DNA of 64,000 nt, taken from NCBI RefSeq assembly GCF_049645325.1, contig NZ_JBARTQ010000245.1, positions 4,447 through 68,446 on the forward strand. Direction: 5' to 3'. Source of the DNA: Pseudomonas sp. (GTDB lineage: Bacteria > Pseudomonadota > Gammaproteobacteria > Pseudomonadales > Pseudomonadaceae). Both the position numbers and the translations under genes were made by a program. The notes under the pieces are model-generated. The model worked only from the letters and a program-made list of their open reading frames with translations. It did not search any database and had not been told where the DNA came from. Below, piece by piece: positions 1-9,047 of this stretch (position 1 is its first letter; every line of letters begins with the position of its first letter).

Positions 1-1
1 G

Positions 2-1099
2 CCGGCCAACGTCAAGCTGTACGGCCTGGCCGGCTACGCGCTCACCGCCACCTTCGGCCCAAGCCTGGGCACGCCGCTGGCGGCGCTGTGGACCGAGTAT
101 GTCGGTTGGCAATGGGCGTTCTGGCAGATCGTCGCGCCGTGCCTGCTGGCCATGGCCGCCGTGGCCTACGGCCTGCCGCAGGACCCATTACGCCTGGAGC
201 GCTTCAAGCAGTTCAACTGGCGTGGCTTGCTGCTGGGCTTTCCGGCGATCTGCATGCTGGTGATCGGCCTGTTGCAGGGCAACCGCCTGGACTGGTTCGA
301 GTCGGGCCTGATCACCTTCCTGCTGAGTGGTGGCACGCTGTTGCTGGTGCTGTTCATGTTCAACGAATGGTCGTGCCCGGTGCCCTTCTTCAAGCTGCAG
401 ATGCTCGGCCTGCGCAACCTGTCATTTGCCTTGATCGTGCTGGCCGGCGTGCTGATGGTGCTGACCTCGGTGATCATCATCCCGTCGAGTTTTCTCGCCC
501 AGGTGCAAGGTTATCGGCCGCTGCAAACCGCGCCAATCATGCTGCTGATGGCGTTGCCACAGTTGATCGCGCTGCCGCTGGTGGCGGCGCTGTGCAACCT
601 GCGCCGGGTCGATTGCCGCTGGGTATTGGGGATCGGCCTGGGCATGTTGGTGTTGTGTTGTGTGGGCAGTTCGCAACTGACCTCGGCGTGGATTCGCGAC
701 GATTTCTATGGCCTGTACCTGCTGCAAATCTTCGGTCAGCCCATGGCCGTGCTGCCGCTGCTGATGCTGTCCACCGGCAGTATCCAGCCGATGGACGGGC
801 CGTTCGCCTCGGCGTGGTTCAACACCATCAAAGGCCTCGCCGCCGTGATCGCCACCGCCGTGCTCGACACGCTGACCACCCAGCGCCTGCACTTTCACTC
901 GACGGTGCTGGTGGACAACCTGGGCAACTCGCCCCTGGCCGACGGCGATGCGCCGGGCCTGGCCCACAGGCTGCACGAGCAGGCCGTGGTACTGACCTCT
1001 TCGGACCTTTATTACGTCATGGCCGCTGTCGCGGTGGCGTTGATTCTGCTGATTTTCTGGATGCCCACGCGGATTTTTCCGCCCCGCGCTCCGACCTAG
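2..1099 (+). CDS. MFS (DHA2/EmrB-type) efflux permease, C-terminal part; the 5' end lies outside the window
   Basis: The frame is open from the window edge (PANVKLYGLAGYAL...WAFWQIVAPCLL) to TAG 1097-1099. The translation is very hydrophobic and multi-TM. It is the first gene of a pump/adaptor/OMF triplet. Confidence 0.8.
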   Translation, partial: PANVKLYGLAGYALTATFGPSLGTPLAALWTEYVGWQWAFWQIVAPCLLAMAAVAYGLPQDPLRLERFKQFNWRGLLLGFPAICMLVIGLLQGNRLDWFESGLITFLLSGGTLLLVLFMFNEWSCPVPFFKLQMLGLRNLSFALIVLAGVLMVLTSVIIIPSSFLAQVQGYRPLQTAPIMLLMALPQLIALPLVAALCNLRRVDCRWVLGIGLGMLVLCCVGSSQLTSAWIRDDFYGLYLLQIFGQPMAVLPLLMLSTGSIQPMDGPFASAWFNTIKGLAAVIATAVLDTLTTQRLHFHSTVLVDNLGNSPLADGDAPGLAHRLHEQAVVLTSSDLYYVMAAVAVALILLIFWMPTRIFPPRAPT

Positions 1100-1114
1100 C
1101 CACAAGGAATTCTC

Positions 1115-2173
1115 ATGAAACGCAAAGACAAAATCGCCGTCGCCGTTATCACCGTGTTTGCCGTCGGCGTGCTGGTGTACCTGGTTGCGCCGGGCCTGCT
1201 CGGCAATAAACGCCAGACCACCAACGACGCCTTCATCGCCGCCGACTTCACCCTGGTGGCGCCACGGGTGGCCGGGTTCATCAAGGAAGTGCTGGTGGAA
1301 GACAACCAGCGCGTCAAAGCCGGCCAGTTGTTGGCGCTGATCGACGACCGCGATTTTCGCGCCGCCGCCCAAGCTGCCGACGCTGACACGCTGGTGGCCC
1401 AGGCCCAACTGAAAAACGCCATCGCCACCCTTGAGCGCCAAAGCTCGGTGATCGCCCAGGCCCAGGCCACCGTGGCGGCAGACCGCGCCGAAGTGGCGTT
1501 CGCTGAACACGAGTTGAACCGCTACAACCACCTTGCCGGTGTCGGCGCGGGCACGGTGCAGAACGCGCAGCAAGCCAAGACCCGCATCGACCAGGCCACC
1601 GCGCGCCTGGCCAATGCCACGGCGGTGCTGGCCGCCGAACGCAAGCAGGTGGAAATCCTCACGGCTCAGCGCGATGCCGCCGAGGGCGGCCTCAAACGAG
1701 CCCAGGCGGCGCTGGAGATGGCCAGTTATCAGCTGTCATACACGCGCATCGTGGCCCCGGTGGACGGCATGGTCGGTGAGCGAGCGGTGCGGGTCGGCGC
1801 TTACGTGACCCCGGGCAGCAAGATCCTCGCGGTAGTGCCGTTGGCCGAGGCTTTTGTGGTGGCCAATTTCCAGGAAACGCAGCTGTCGCATATGCACGCC
1901 GGCCAAGCCGTGCAAGTGCGCGTCGACAGCCTTGACGGTGAACTGCTCAACGGCCATCTGGAAAGCCTCGCGCCGGCTACCGGCGTGACCTTTGCTTCGG
2001 TCAAACCCGACAACGCCACCGGCAACTTCACCAAGGTGGTGCAGCGCATTCCGGTGAAAATCGTGCTGGAGCCCAACCAGCCGCTGACCGAGCGCCTGCG
2101 CGTCGGCATGTCGGTGGAAGCCAGTGTCGACACCCAGCCGGTCGCGCAACAACGTGAGGTGGCGCAGCAATGA
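1115..2173 (+). CDS. HlyD/EmrA-family membrane fusion protein
   Basis: 352-aa ORF with AAGGAA just upstream. It has a single N-terminal TM (IAVAVITVFAVGVLVYLVAPG), lipoyl-like motifs (VAGFIKEVLVEDNQRVKAGQLLALID; IVAPVDGMVGER) and an Ala/Gln-rich coiled coil. Confidence 0.9.
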   Translation: MKRKDKIAVAVITVFAVGVLVYLVAPGLLGNKRQTTNDAFIAADFTLVAPRVAGFIKEVLVEDNQRVKAGQLLALIDDRDFRAAAQAADADTLVAQAQLKNAIATLERQSSVIAQAQATVAADRAEVAFAEHELNRYNHLAGVGAGTVQNAQQAKTRIDQATARLANATAVLAAERKQVEILTAQRDAAEGGLKRAQAALEMASYQLSYTRIVAPVDGMVGERAVRVGAYVTPGSKILAVVPLAEAFVVANFQETQLSHMHAGQAVQVRVDSLDGELLNGHLESLAPATGVTFASVKPDNATGNFTKVVQRIPVKIVLEPNQPLTERLRVGMSVEASVDTQPVAQQREVAQQ

Positions 2174-3624
2174 GACACTTTGCCTGGCTCACCTTGAGCC
2201 TGATCAGCCTCAGCGCCTGCACCGTCGGGCCGGACTTCCAGAAGCCTCAGGGCTCGCCAGTCACCCAGTGGAACGAACCCCAAGGCCGCCAGGCGGCCAG
2301 CCGCGCGGTCACCGACCCCTTGCAGGAGCGCTGGTGGGACGTGTTCCACGATGAGCAACTCTCGGCCCTGACGCGCCGCGCGCTCACCGACAACCTAGAC
2401 CTGAAACTCGCCAGCAGCCGCCTGCAACAAAGCCGCGCCGTGCGCCAGGTGACCACCGCCGAACGCTACCCGAACGTGAACGCCACCGGTGACTACCTGC
2501 GCCAGCGCAACAGTGCGAAGGGCTTGAGCGACCCGTCCAACAACAATGGCCAGTCCGCCTATAACCAGTGGGACATGGGTTTCTCCGCCGCCTGGGAGCT
2601 GGACTTCTGGGGCCGGGTCAAACGCGAAACCGAAGCCGCCGACGCCACCCTGCAAGTCGCCGAAAACGACCGCCGCGCGGTGTTGTTATCGGTACTCGCC
2701 GAGACGGCCCAGGACTACATCCAGCTGCGTGGCGTGCAGAACACCCGCGCCGTCACCGAGCAAAACCTCGACGTTGCGCGCCACAGCCTCAAGCTCTCGC
2801 AACTGCGCCTGGCTGACGGCGTGGCAACGGATCTGGACGTCGCCGAAGCCGCCGCCCAGGTGGCCGCCATCGAAGCGCGCCTGCCGGACTTGCAGCAGCG
2901 CCAGGACCAGTTGATCAATGCCCTGAGCCTGTTGATGGGCGCGCCACCGCAAGCGCTGCATGCGCAATTGTCCAAGGACGCCGCCGTCCCGCAAACCCAG
3001 CGCCAGGTCGCGATCGGCCTGCCGTCGGAGCTCGCTGAACGCCGCCCGGATATCCGCCAGGCCGAGGCGCGTTTGCATGCGGCCACCGCCAACATCGGTG
3101 TGGCCAAGGGCGATTTCTACCCGCGCATTACCCTGTCCGGCAGCCTCGGCTCGCAAGCCCTGCAACTCTCGGATTTCGGTTCGTGGGGCTCGCGCGCATT
3201 CGCCTTCGGCCCGCAATTCAGCCTGCCGTTGTTCAATGGCGGGCGCCTGCAAGGCATGCTCAACCTGCGCGAAGCCCAGCAACAGGAAGCGGCGCTGGCC
3301 TACCAGCAAACCGTGCTGCGCGCCTGGCATGAAATCGACGACCAACTGACCCGCTACAACGCCAGCCAACTGCGCCGCGACAGCCTCGCCGAAGCCGTGC
3401 GTCAGAACCAGATCGCGCTGACCACTGCGCAACATCAATACGTGGAAGGCGTGGTGGATTTCGTCAACGTGCTCACGGTGCAAAGCGCACTGCTGGCGAC
3501 GCAAGAACAATGGGTAGAAAGCTCCACCGGCGTGTCGCTGGCCATGGTGGGGTTGTACAAGGCGCTGGGTGGCGGGTGGGAGTCGGTGTATCCGCTGCAA
3601 ACTGCCGGAAATAAGTTGTTGTAG
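2170..3624 (+). CDS. Efflux outer-membrane factor lipoprotein (NodT/OprM family)
   Basis: 484-aa ORF. The ATGA overlap with the adaptor stop (2170-2173) indicates coupling. It has a lipobox (LISLSAC) and a two-repeat OMF sequence ending ...LYKALGGGW. Confidence 0.9.
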   Translation: MRHFAWLTLSLISLSACTVGPDFQKPQGSPVTQWNEPQGRQAASRAVTDPLQERWWDVFHDEQLSALTRRALTDNLDLKLASSRLQQSRAVRQVTTAERYPNVNATGDYLRQRNSAKGLSDPSNNNGQSAYNQWDMGFSAAWELDFWGRVKRETEAADATLQVAENDRRAVLLSVLAETAQDYIQLRGVQNTRAVTEQNLDVARHSLKLSQLRLADGVATDLDVAEAAAQVAAIEARLPDLQQRQDQLINALSLLMGAPPQALHAQLSKDAAVPQTQRQVAIGLPSELAERRPDIRQAEARLHAATANIGVAKGDFYPRITLSGSLGSQALQLSDFGSWGSRAFAFGPQFSLPLFNGGRLQGMLNLREAQQQEAALAYQQTVLRAWHEIDDQLTRYNASQLRRDSLAEAVRQNQIALTTAQHQYVEGVVDFVNVLTVQSALLATQEQWVESSTGVSLAMVGLYKALGGGWESVYPLQTAGNKLL

Positions 3625-3931
3625 GGGCTTTCCTTATTTTAGCGACGTTGACCGTTTTGCGGGTTGGGGGCAGTAGCCTTTCAAGGCTCAACCTCCAGAG
3701 TTCTACGTATGCCTTTTGAAAATCCCTACGCGCCGCCGCTCGCTGAGTTGGCCCCGCCGAGCACTAAACACACCACGTTCTTTGTCGTTGCGCCTCTGGC
3801 CTGAAGATCCAGGCTGATCAATTTGAAGAGAACAACGATGTCTTGACTTTTTATTCTTAAGAAAACCTGAGTGTCCTCTGTCCTCTGTCCGCGGACAGAG
3901 GACAGTTGCTTTCATAGCGTTGACCCCCCTG

Positions 3932-4636
3932 TCAACGATTCTGCAAAAACACCACATACCCGCGAAACCACTCATTCCCTTGCAAATACCCCGGCGCCTC
4001 CCACTCCCCGCCCTGAATCAATCCGACCTTGAACGGCACGCCCAGCCGGTTCATGCGTGGCAAATACGCCGCGTAATCCGGGATGCTGTGGCGCCCTTGA
4101 TACGTTTGCACCACCACTTCATCCACCACGCCTTTGAGTTGGGCAATGGCGGCCGGATCGGCGTTGCTGCTCCAGTCCATCAGGCCGGTGATGCTCAGGC
4201 GCAGTTCAGCGGGCAGGCGTTGGCGCAGGTCGCGCAGGAAGTCGGCGTATTCATGCAGGTATTGGGTGCGGGCGTCGAAGTCGATCTGAATGCCGACCAC
4301 CGGGTTGCCCGCGTCACGCCAGCGTTGCACTTGGCCGAGCAGTTGGCTGTAGACCCGCTCGGGCCAATGCAGAGTGTGGGCGCGGTAGACCACCCAGATT
4401 TCGCCCTGTGTCAGGCGCGGCACGCTCATGCCCTGGGCGATCAATTGCACGCCGCGCTCGGGTGCGCGGCGGGTGGCGTTGATCTGGCCCTGGAGGATGT
4501 ACAGGGTTTTCGCCTGTTTGAGCACTGGCTGGGGCGTGACGCCACTCCACAGCCAGAAGGCGTCGTAGTCGCGGGCGTCGACGGCGCCGAAGGCCGGGCT
4601 TGCCAGCAACAGCAAGCCAAGCCACAGGGGCTTCAC
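3932..4636 (-). CDS. Secreted DUF3142-like protein of unknown function
   Basis: The ORF is 3932-4663. GTG 4636 overlaps the upstream gene's TGA by 4 nt (GTGA), which indicates translational coupling. There is a signal-peptide-like N-terminus (KPLWLGLLLLASPAFGA). The family call comes from recall of DUF3142 sequences (DYDAFWLW...LYILQGQI). Confidence 0.65.
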   Translation of the reverse strand: MKPLWLGLLLLASPAFGAVDARDYDAFWLWSGVTPQPVLKQAKTLYILQGQINATRRAPERGVQLIAQGMSVPRLTQGEIWVVYRAHTLHWPERVYSQLLGQVQRWRDAGNPVVGIQIDFDARTQYLHEYADFLRDLRQRLPAELRLSITGLMDWSSNADPAAIAQLKGVVDEVVVQTYQGRHSIPDYAAYLPRMNRLGVPFKVGLIQGGEWEAPGYLQGNEWFRGYVVFLQNR

Positions 4637-6798
4637 CAGTAATACTGCAGCGATTTGCCCCACTGGGTGTCGGCAAAGCCGCTTTTGAGCTGGCGGAACC
4701 AGGCTTTGCGCACGGCCGGTTCGACGTCAACGCCACCACAGCTGTTATAGCCGGACGGTGAATAGCAGTTGATGGCGCGAAACAGGGCGTAGGCCTTGTC
4801 AGTCTTCGGCGCCTTGGCGTTGGCGATCACCTGTTTGTAGCCGTCCAGCCGCGAGAAGGTTTCCCCTGGGAACTGCGAGGCGGTGCTGCCCAGGCTGCCA
4901 GCGGCGCGGGCCTGTTCCAGTGGCATGCCGTCCAGGCCATTGCGCAGGATGAACTCGCCAAAGCAGTTGAGCCCCTGCGGGTTTTTGGGATCGTTCTGCA
5001 AGGTGGCGGCGGTTTGCGCGATGCTCGGGCAGGCGTAGCCGGACTCGGCTTTGTCACCGTTCCACTGGAACAGCTTCAGGCTTTGGCCGCCGCTGTAGAC
5101 GTAGCCCAGGCTGGTGCCGAGTTTGTCGTCCGGCGCTGCCGCCGGCAATTGCTTGAGGTCGTCGGCGAAGGTGGCGAACTGGCCGCGCAGCAAATCTTTG
5201 TACAGCAGCACGAATTGCGCGGTCTGGCGTTCCACAGGGTCGCTGGCTTTGGCGATCTGCTGGCGCAGCAAATCAGGACCGGCAACGTTGCGCAGCAGGA
5301 TGTAACGCACCTGCCTGGCACTGATCGGCGAGTCGGCGGCGAACACCTTGGCCAGTTCGCCGCTGCGCTCGTAGTTCATCGCCAGGGCCAGTTCCAGTTG
5401 GTCGCGTTGCAGCGCCCATTTGGCCAGCGGCAGCAGTTGCAGCCACAGGTCCTGCGCACCTTTGACGTCTTGCTTGGCTTCGAGGGCGAGGGCGCGCAGG
5501 GTCTGCTGGCTGAAGGCGAAGTAATTGAGGCTCGACGGCACATTCTGGGGCAATTGCTTCAGGGCGGCGTCTGGCTGATGCTCGATGTACAGCGCGTTTA
5601 CGGCCAGCAAGTAGTCGTAGAGTTGCGGCTCGCCGGAGAACGCGGCTTTCTGCTTTTCCAGGTCGGCGCGGCTGAGGGCCGGCTGGCCGCCGCCGCGCAT
5701 CACCATCAGGTCGCTGACGAGCTGGATCATCGGCGTCTTGACCGTTTCACTGTTGACCATCAGCAGCTTGAGGTCAGCTTCCTCCACCAACTCATCCACG
5801 CTCACGTTGCGCTGTTCGTCCGTCGCCTGGGTCAGCTGCCAGGCATACGCCTCGGCGAGTTTGCTGTTGTCGTTGGCCAACCAGTACACCCGGCGCAACA
5901 GGCCGCGTGCCGAGGCCGCGTATTCGCCCTGTGGATAAGTTTTCAGGTAGGCGTCGAAGCCTTGCTCGGCGTCAGCCAACGCCGGCTTATCCACACGGTC
6001 GAGCTGCGGCACGCCGTCTTCGCCGTAGACATTGTCCTGGGCCAGGTTCAGCGCATTACGCGCGGTCATGTACAGCGCGGTCTCTTTCAGCCAAGGCGAA
6101 GCGGCACTCTGGGTGGCGACGAAGCCAGGCCCGGCGTAGGTAAAACGCCCGGTGTAGAAGTCGGCAGCGGCTTGCAGGTAGGTACGCAACAGCTGGCCTT
6201 CGGGCGAACTGATGTCTTGCGGCGGCTCCACGACCGGGCCCACCCATTCACACGTGGTGAGCAATTGCAGGCGCGCTTTCACCAGCAGGTCGCGTTCGGC
6301 GGTTGGGATGTCGGCGTTGATGACCTGGTTGATAAACGCGCTGGCGCTGGCCTCGTCGTTGCTGCGGCAGCGGCTGCCCTCGCCGTTGAGGAAGGCATCG
6401 CCGGCGGCTGTTTTATCGGCGCGCTGAATGCCCAGCGGCTCGATCAGTGCGTCGAGCGGGGAAGCCTTTGGCGCGTCTGCGGTATTGACCGGCTCCACTT
6501 CACCACGCGGGGCGAGGCGGTACACCGGAAACGGCACCGGGCCAAAACCCTGGGACAGGTCATCTTCGCTCAGGACGTTGGGTGTCAGCGGCGTGTTCTT
6601 TTTGTCGGCCAGCAGCAGGCGCAAGTTGACCCGGCTGTCATTGCCCGGGCTCAGGAAGGGCAGGTTGCTGCATGCGTCCAGCGTGTCACGCGACACGCGC
6701 CAGTCGGGGTAGCACGAGTCGTCCGAACTGGCCTGGGCCTGTAGGGGGATTCCGGCAAGCAGGGCCAGTGCCAGAGGTGACAGAAAACCGATGCGCAT
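4633..6798 (-). CDS. Large secreted hypothetical protein (~721 aa) with a BamD/YbgF-like TPR-type segment
   Basis: The ORF is 4633-6876. I prefer ATG 6798 because AAGGA lies 7 nt upstream and the N-terminus is a clear signal peptide (MRIGFLSPLALALLAGIPLQAQA). The protein is Cys-containing and shows coding-like compositional bias. No named family was recognised. Confidence 0.7.
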   Translation of the reverse strand: MRIGFLSPLALALLAGIPLQAQASSDDSCYPDWRVSRDTLDACSNLPFLSPGNDSRVNLRLLLADKKNTPLTPNVLSEDDLSQGFGPVPFPVYRLAPRGEVEPVNTADAPKASPLDALIEPLGIQRADKTAAGDAFLNGEGSRCRSNDEASASAFINQVINADIPTAERDLLVKARLQLLTTCEWVGPVVEPPQDISSPEGQLLRTYLQAAADFYTGRFTYAGPGFVATQSAASPWLKETALYMTARNALNLAQDNVYGEDGVPQLDRVDKPALADAEQGFDAYLKTYPQGEYAASARGLLRRVYWLANDNSKLAEAYAWQLTQATDEQRNVSVDELVEEADLKLLMVNSETVKTPMIQLVSDLMVMRGGGQPALSRADLEKQKAAFSGEPQLYDYLLAVNALYIEHQPDAALKQLPQNVPSSLNYFAFSQQTLRALALEAKQDVKGAQDLWLQLLPLAKWALQRDQLELALAMNYERSGELAKVFAADSPISARQVRYILLRNVAGPDLLRQQIAKASDPVERQTAQFVLLYKDLLRGQFATFADDLKQLPAAAPDDKLGTSLGYVYSGGQSLKLFQWNGDKAESGYACPSIAQTAATLQNDPKNPQGLNCFGEFILRNGLDGMPLEQARAAGSLGSTASQFPGETFSRLDGYKQVIANAKAPKTDKAYALFRAINCYSPSGYNSCGGVDVEPAVRKAWFRQLKSGFADTQWGKSLQYYW

Positions 6799-6957
6799 GA
6801 CGTGTCCTTGATCCTGAGTCCTTGGAAGGCGCCAATCATAGCGTGATCCGGCGGCGGCTTCGGTGAAGGCCTGCACAAATTGCTGATTTGTTCGATTTTC
6901 GGTAGTGGCAATTTAACCTCGCTGCCCTAGACTGCGGTCATCGTCAGGGAGGATCGT

Positions 6958-7731
6958 ATGAAGCAATTGCGAATAGGGATGTTGAGTCTTGCCTGCCTGA
7001 TGGGCTTGGCCTTTGTGGCCAGGGCGGACGACCCGCTGCTGGATCATCCGCCAGTGCCTGCTGCCGGCAATGACAGTGACGCGCGAGGCGTACTGCGCGC
7101 CCGTGACCAAGCGATGCTGGCCAGCGAGTTGTCGGGGCGCATCGTCGAATTGCCCTTCAGCGAAGGCGAGTCGTTCAAAAAGGGCGACACCCTGGCGCGT
7201 TTCGATTGTTCGGCCTACCAGGCCCAGCTGAATGCCGCCCAGGCCGCCAGCCGTGGCGCCGGTGAAGAGCTGGCCCACAACAAGCAACTGGCCGCGCTCA
7301 ATTCCGTGGGGCGTTTTGAAGTGGCCCGCGCCGAAGCCAAGCTCACCGAAACCCAGGCCCAGTCGCAGGTTTACCAGGTGCAGGTCAAGCGTTGCAGCGT
7401 GCTGGCGCCGTATGACGGCCAGGTCGTGCAGCGCAAGGTCCAACGTTATGAAAGCGTGTCGGCCGGGGCGCCGCTGTTGGAAATCGTCGACAACCGCAGC
7501 CTGGAAATCCACCTGCTGGTGCCGTCGCGCTGGATGAGCAAGCTCAAGCCGGGGCAGACGTTCAACTTCACCCCCGATGAAACCGGCCAGGCGTTCAGCG
7601 CTACGGTCAAACGCCTCGGCGCCCGTATTGATGAGGGCAGCCAGACCTTGTTGCTGGTCGCTAGCTTGCCCAACGCTGCAGGCCTGATGGCCGGCATGAG
7701 CGGCACCGCCCACTTTGCGCAACTGCAATGA
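6958..7731 (+). CDS. Periplasmic HlyD-family adaptor with a cleavable signal peptide
   Basis: 257 aa with GGAGG upstream and a signal peptide (MKQLRIGMLSLACLMGLAFVARA). It carries lipoyl motifs (LSGRIVELPFSEGESFKKGDTLARFD; VLAPYDGQVVQRKV) and a short coiled coil. Confidence 0.85.
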   Translation: MKQLRIGMLSLACLMGLAFVARADDPLLDHPPVPAAGNDSDARGVLRARDQAMLASELSGRIVELPFSEGESFKKGDTLARFDCSAYQAQLNAAQAASRGAGEELAHNKQLAALNSVGRFEVARAEAKLTETQAQSQVYQVQVKRCSVLAPYDGQVVQRKVQRYESVSAGAPLLEIVDNRSLEIHLLVPSRWMSKLKPGQTFNFTPDETGQAFSATVKRLGARIDEGSQTLLLVASLPNAAGLMAGMSGTAHFAQLQ

Positions 7732-9047
7732 ATGCACCGATGCCGGGCAACACTGAACGCGTGTTTGCGCAGTTCCTCGACCTTGAGCGCCAGACCCGCG
7801 CCGCGCGCACCACCGAGCAACTGGCCTACAGCCTGGTGAATGACGGCCAGCCGTTGTTCGGCTATCGCCATGCCGCGCTGTTGATCGCTGGCAAAGTGCA
7901 GGCGGTGACGGCGGTGAGCAGCGTTGATCCGAACGCGCCGTTTGTAGCCTTTGTCGAGCAGGCCGTCGCGCAGTTGCACAAACAGGCGTTGAGCCAGACC
8001 GCCCGCGTGGTGCCGGCTGAACTATTGAGCGACGCGCTGCAAGCCGACTGGCAGAGTTTGTCCGCTGGCCAGGTGTTCTGGTTGCCATTGATAGACCCGC
8101 AAGGCCGTGTTTTCGGCGGCCTGTGGATTGCACGGGACACGCCCTGGAACCCGGCCGAGCACGTACTGCTGGCGCAGTTGGGCGACACTTACAGCCACGC
8201 CTGGCTTGCGCTGCAGCCGCGCCAGCCGTGGCGGTTGCGCCTGACGCGCAAGCGCCAGGTGGCCGTGGTGGTCGCGCTGCTATTGATGTTGCTGATTCCG
8301 GTGCGCCAATCGGTGCTGGCACCCGCTGAAGTGGTGCCGCTGGCCGGGCAAGTGGTGGCGGCGCCGTTGGATGGAGTGATTGCCGAATTTCTGGTCAAAC
8401 CCAACCAGTCGGTGAAAACCGGCGACCTGCTGCTGCGCTTCGAAAGCACCACGCTTACCGCCCAGGCTGACGTAGCGGCGCGGGCCTTGGGCGTGGCCGA
8501 AGCAGAGCTGAAGGCCAACGCCCAGCGGGCGTTCGCCGATGCCGAATCGAGTTCGCGCATCGACCTGCTCGCCGCGCGGGTCGAGCAAAAGCGCGCCGAG
8601 CGCGACTACGCCCGCGAACTGCTCAAACGCAGCGAAGTGCGCGCCGAGCGCGACGGCATCGCCGTGTTCGCCGACGCCGAACGCTGGACCGGCAAGCCTG
8701 TGCAAACCGGCGAGCGCCTGCTGCAGATTGCCGACCCTGGCCAAGCCGAATTGCGCATCGAATTGGCCGTGGGCGATGCGATTGCCCTTGAGCCCAATGC
8801 CCAAGTGGCGCTGTTCCTCGACAGCGATCCGCTGCAACGTCACCTGGCAACCCTGCAACGCGCAGCGTATGAAGCGCAGCCCACACCGGGCGGCCAGTTG
8901 GCCTATCGCCTGGACGCGCAGTTCGACGAAGCGCCGCCGCGTATCGGCCTGCGTGGCACGGCGAAGATTTTCGGTGACCGCGCGCCGCTGGCGCTGTACC
9001 TGCTGCGCCGACCGCTGGCCGGCCTGCGCCAGAGCGTTGGTCTCTGA
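7728..9047 (+). CDS. HlyD-family adaptor with a ~170-aa cytoplasmic GAF-like N-terminal domain and one TM
   Basis: 439 aa with an ATGA overlap with the upstream stop. The N-terminal soluble domain (...VFWLPLIDPQGRVFGGLWIARDTPW...) is followed by a TM (VAVVVALLLMLLIPV) and HlyD motifs (VAAPLDGVIAEFLVKPNQSVKTGDLLLRFE; VRAERDGIAVF). Confidence 0.8.
   Translation: MNAPMPGNTERVFAQFLDLERQTRAARTTEQLAYSLVNDGQPLFGYRHAALLIAGKVQAVTAVSSVDPNAPFVAFVEQAVAQLHKQALSQTARVVPAELLSDALQADWQSLSAGQVFWLPLIDPQGRVFGGLWIARDTPWNPAEHVLLAQLGDTYSHAWLALQPRQPWRLRLTRKRQVAVVVALLLMLLIPVRQSVLAPAEVVPLAGQVVAAPLDGVIAEFLVKPNQSVKTGDLLLRFESTTLTAQADVAARALGVAEAELKANAQRAFADAESSSRIDLLAARVEQKRAERDYARELLKRSEVRAERDGIAVFADAERWTGKPVQTGERLLQIADPGQAELRIELAVGDAIALEPNAQVALFLDSDPLQRHLATLQRAAYEAQPTPGGQLAYRLDAQFDEAPPRIGLRGTAKIFGDRAPLALYLLRRPLAGLRQSVGL

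Noticed and set aside
422-1573. Long antisense or alternative-frame ORFs across the GC-rich genes. Examples: 88-1209, 422-1573, 5014-6744, 6913-8322, 8903-10270, 29274-30998, 31887-33344, 34367-36055, 37115-38173, 38209-39465, 40493-42493, 43029-44033, 44964-46319, 46383-48194, 54881-55963, 60568-61908.
   Set aside because: They lie opposite or out of frame to ORFs with clear family signatures. Their translations are Arg/Ala/Gly/His/Pro-rich low-complexity strings with no motifs. Such stop-free shadow frames are expected in ~60+% GC DNA.
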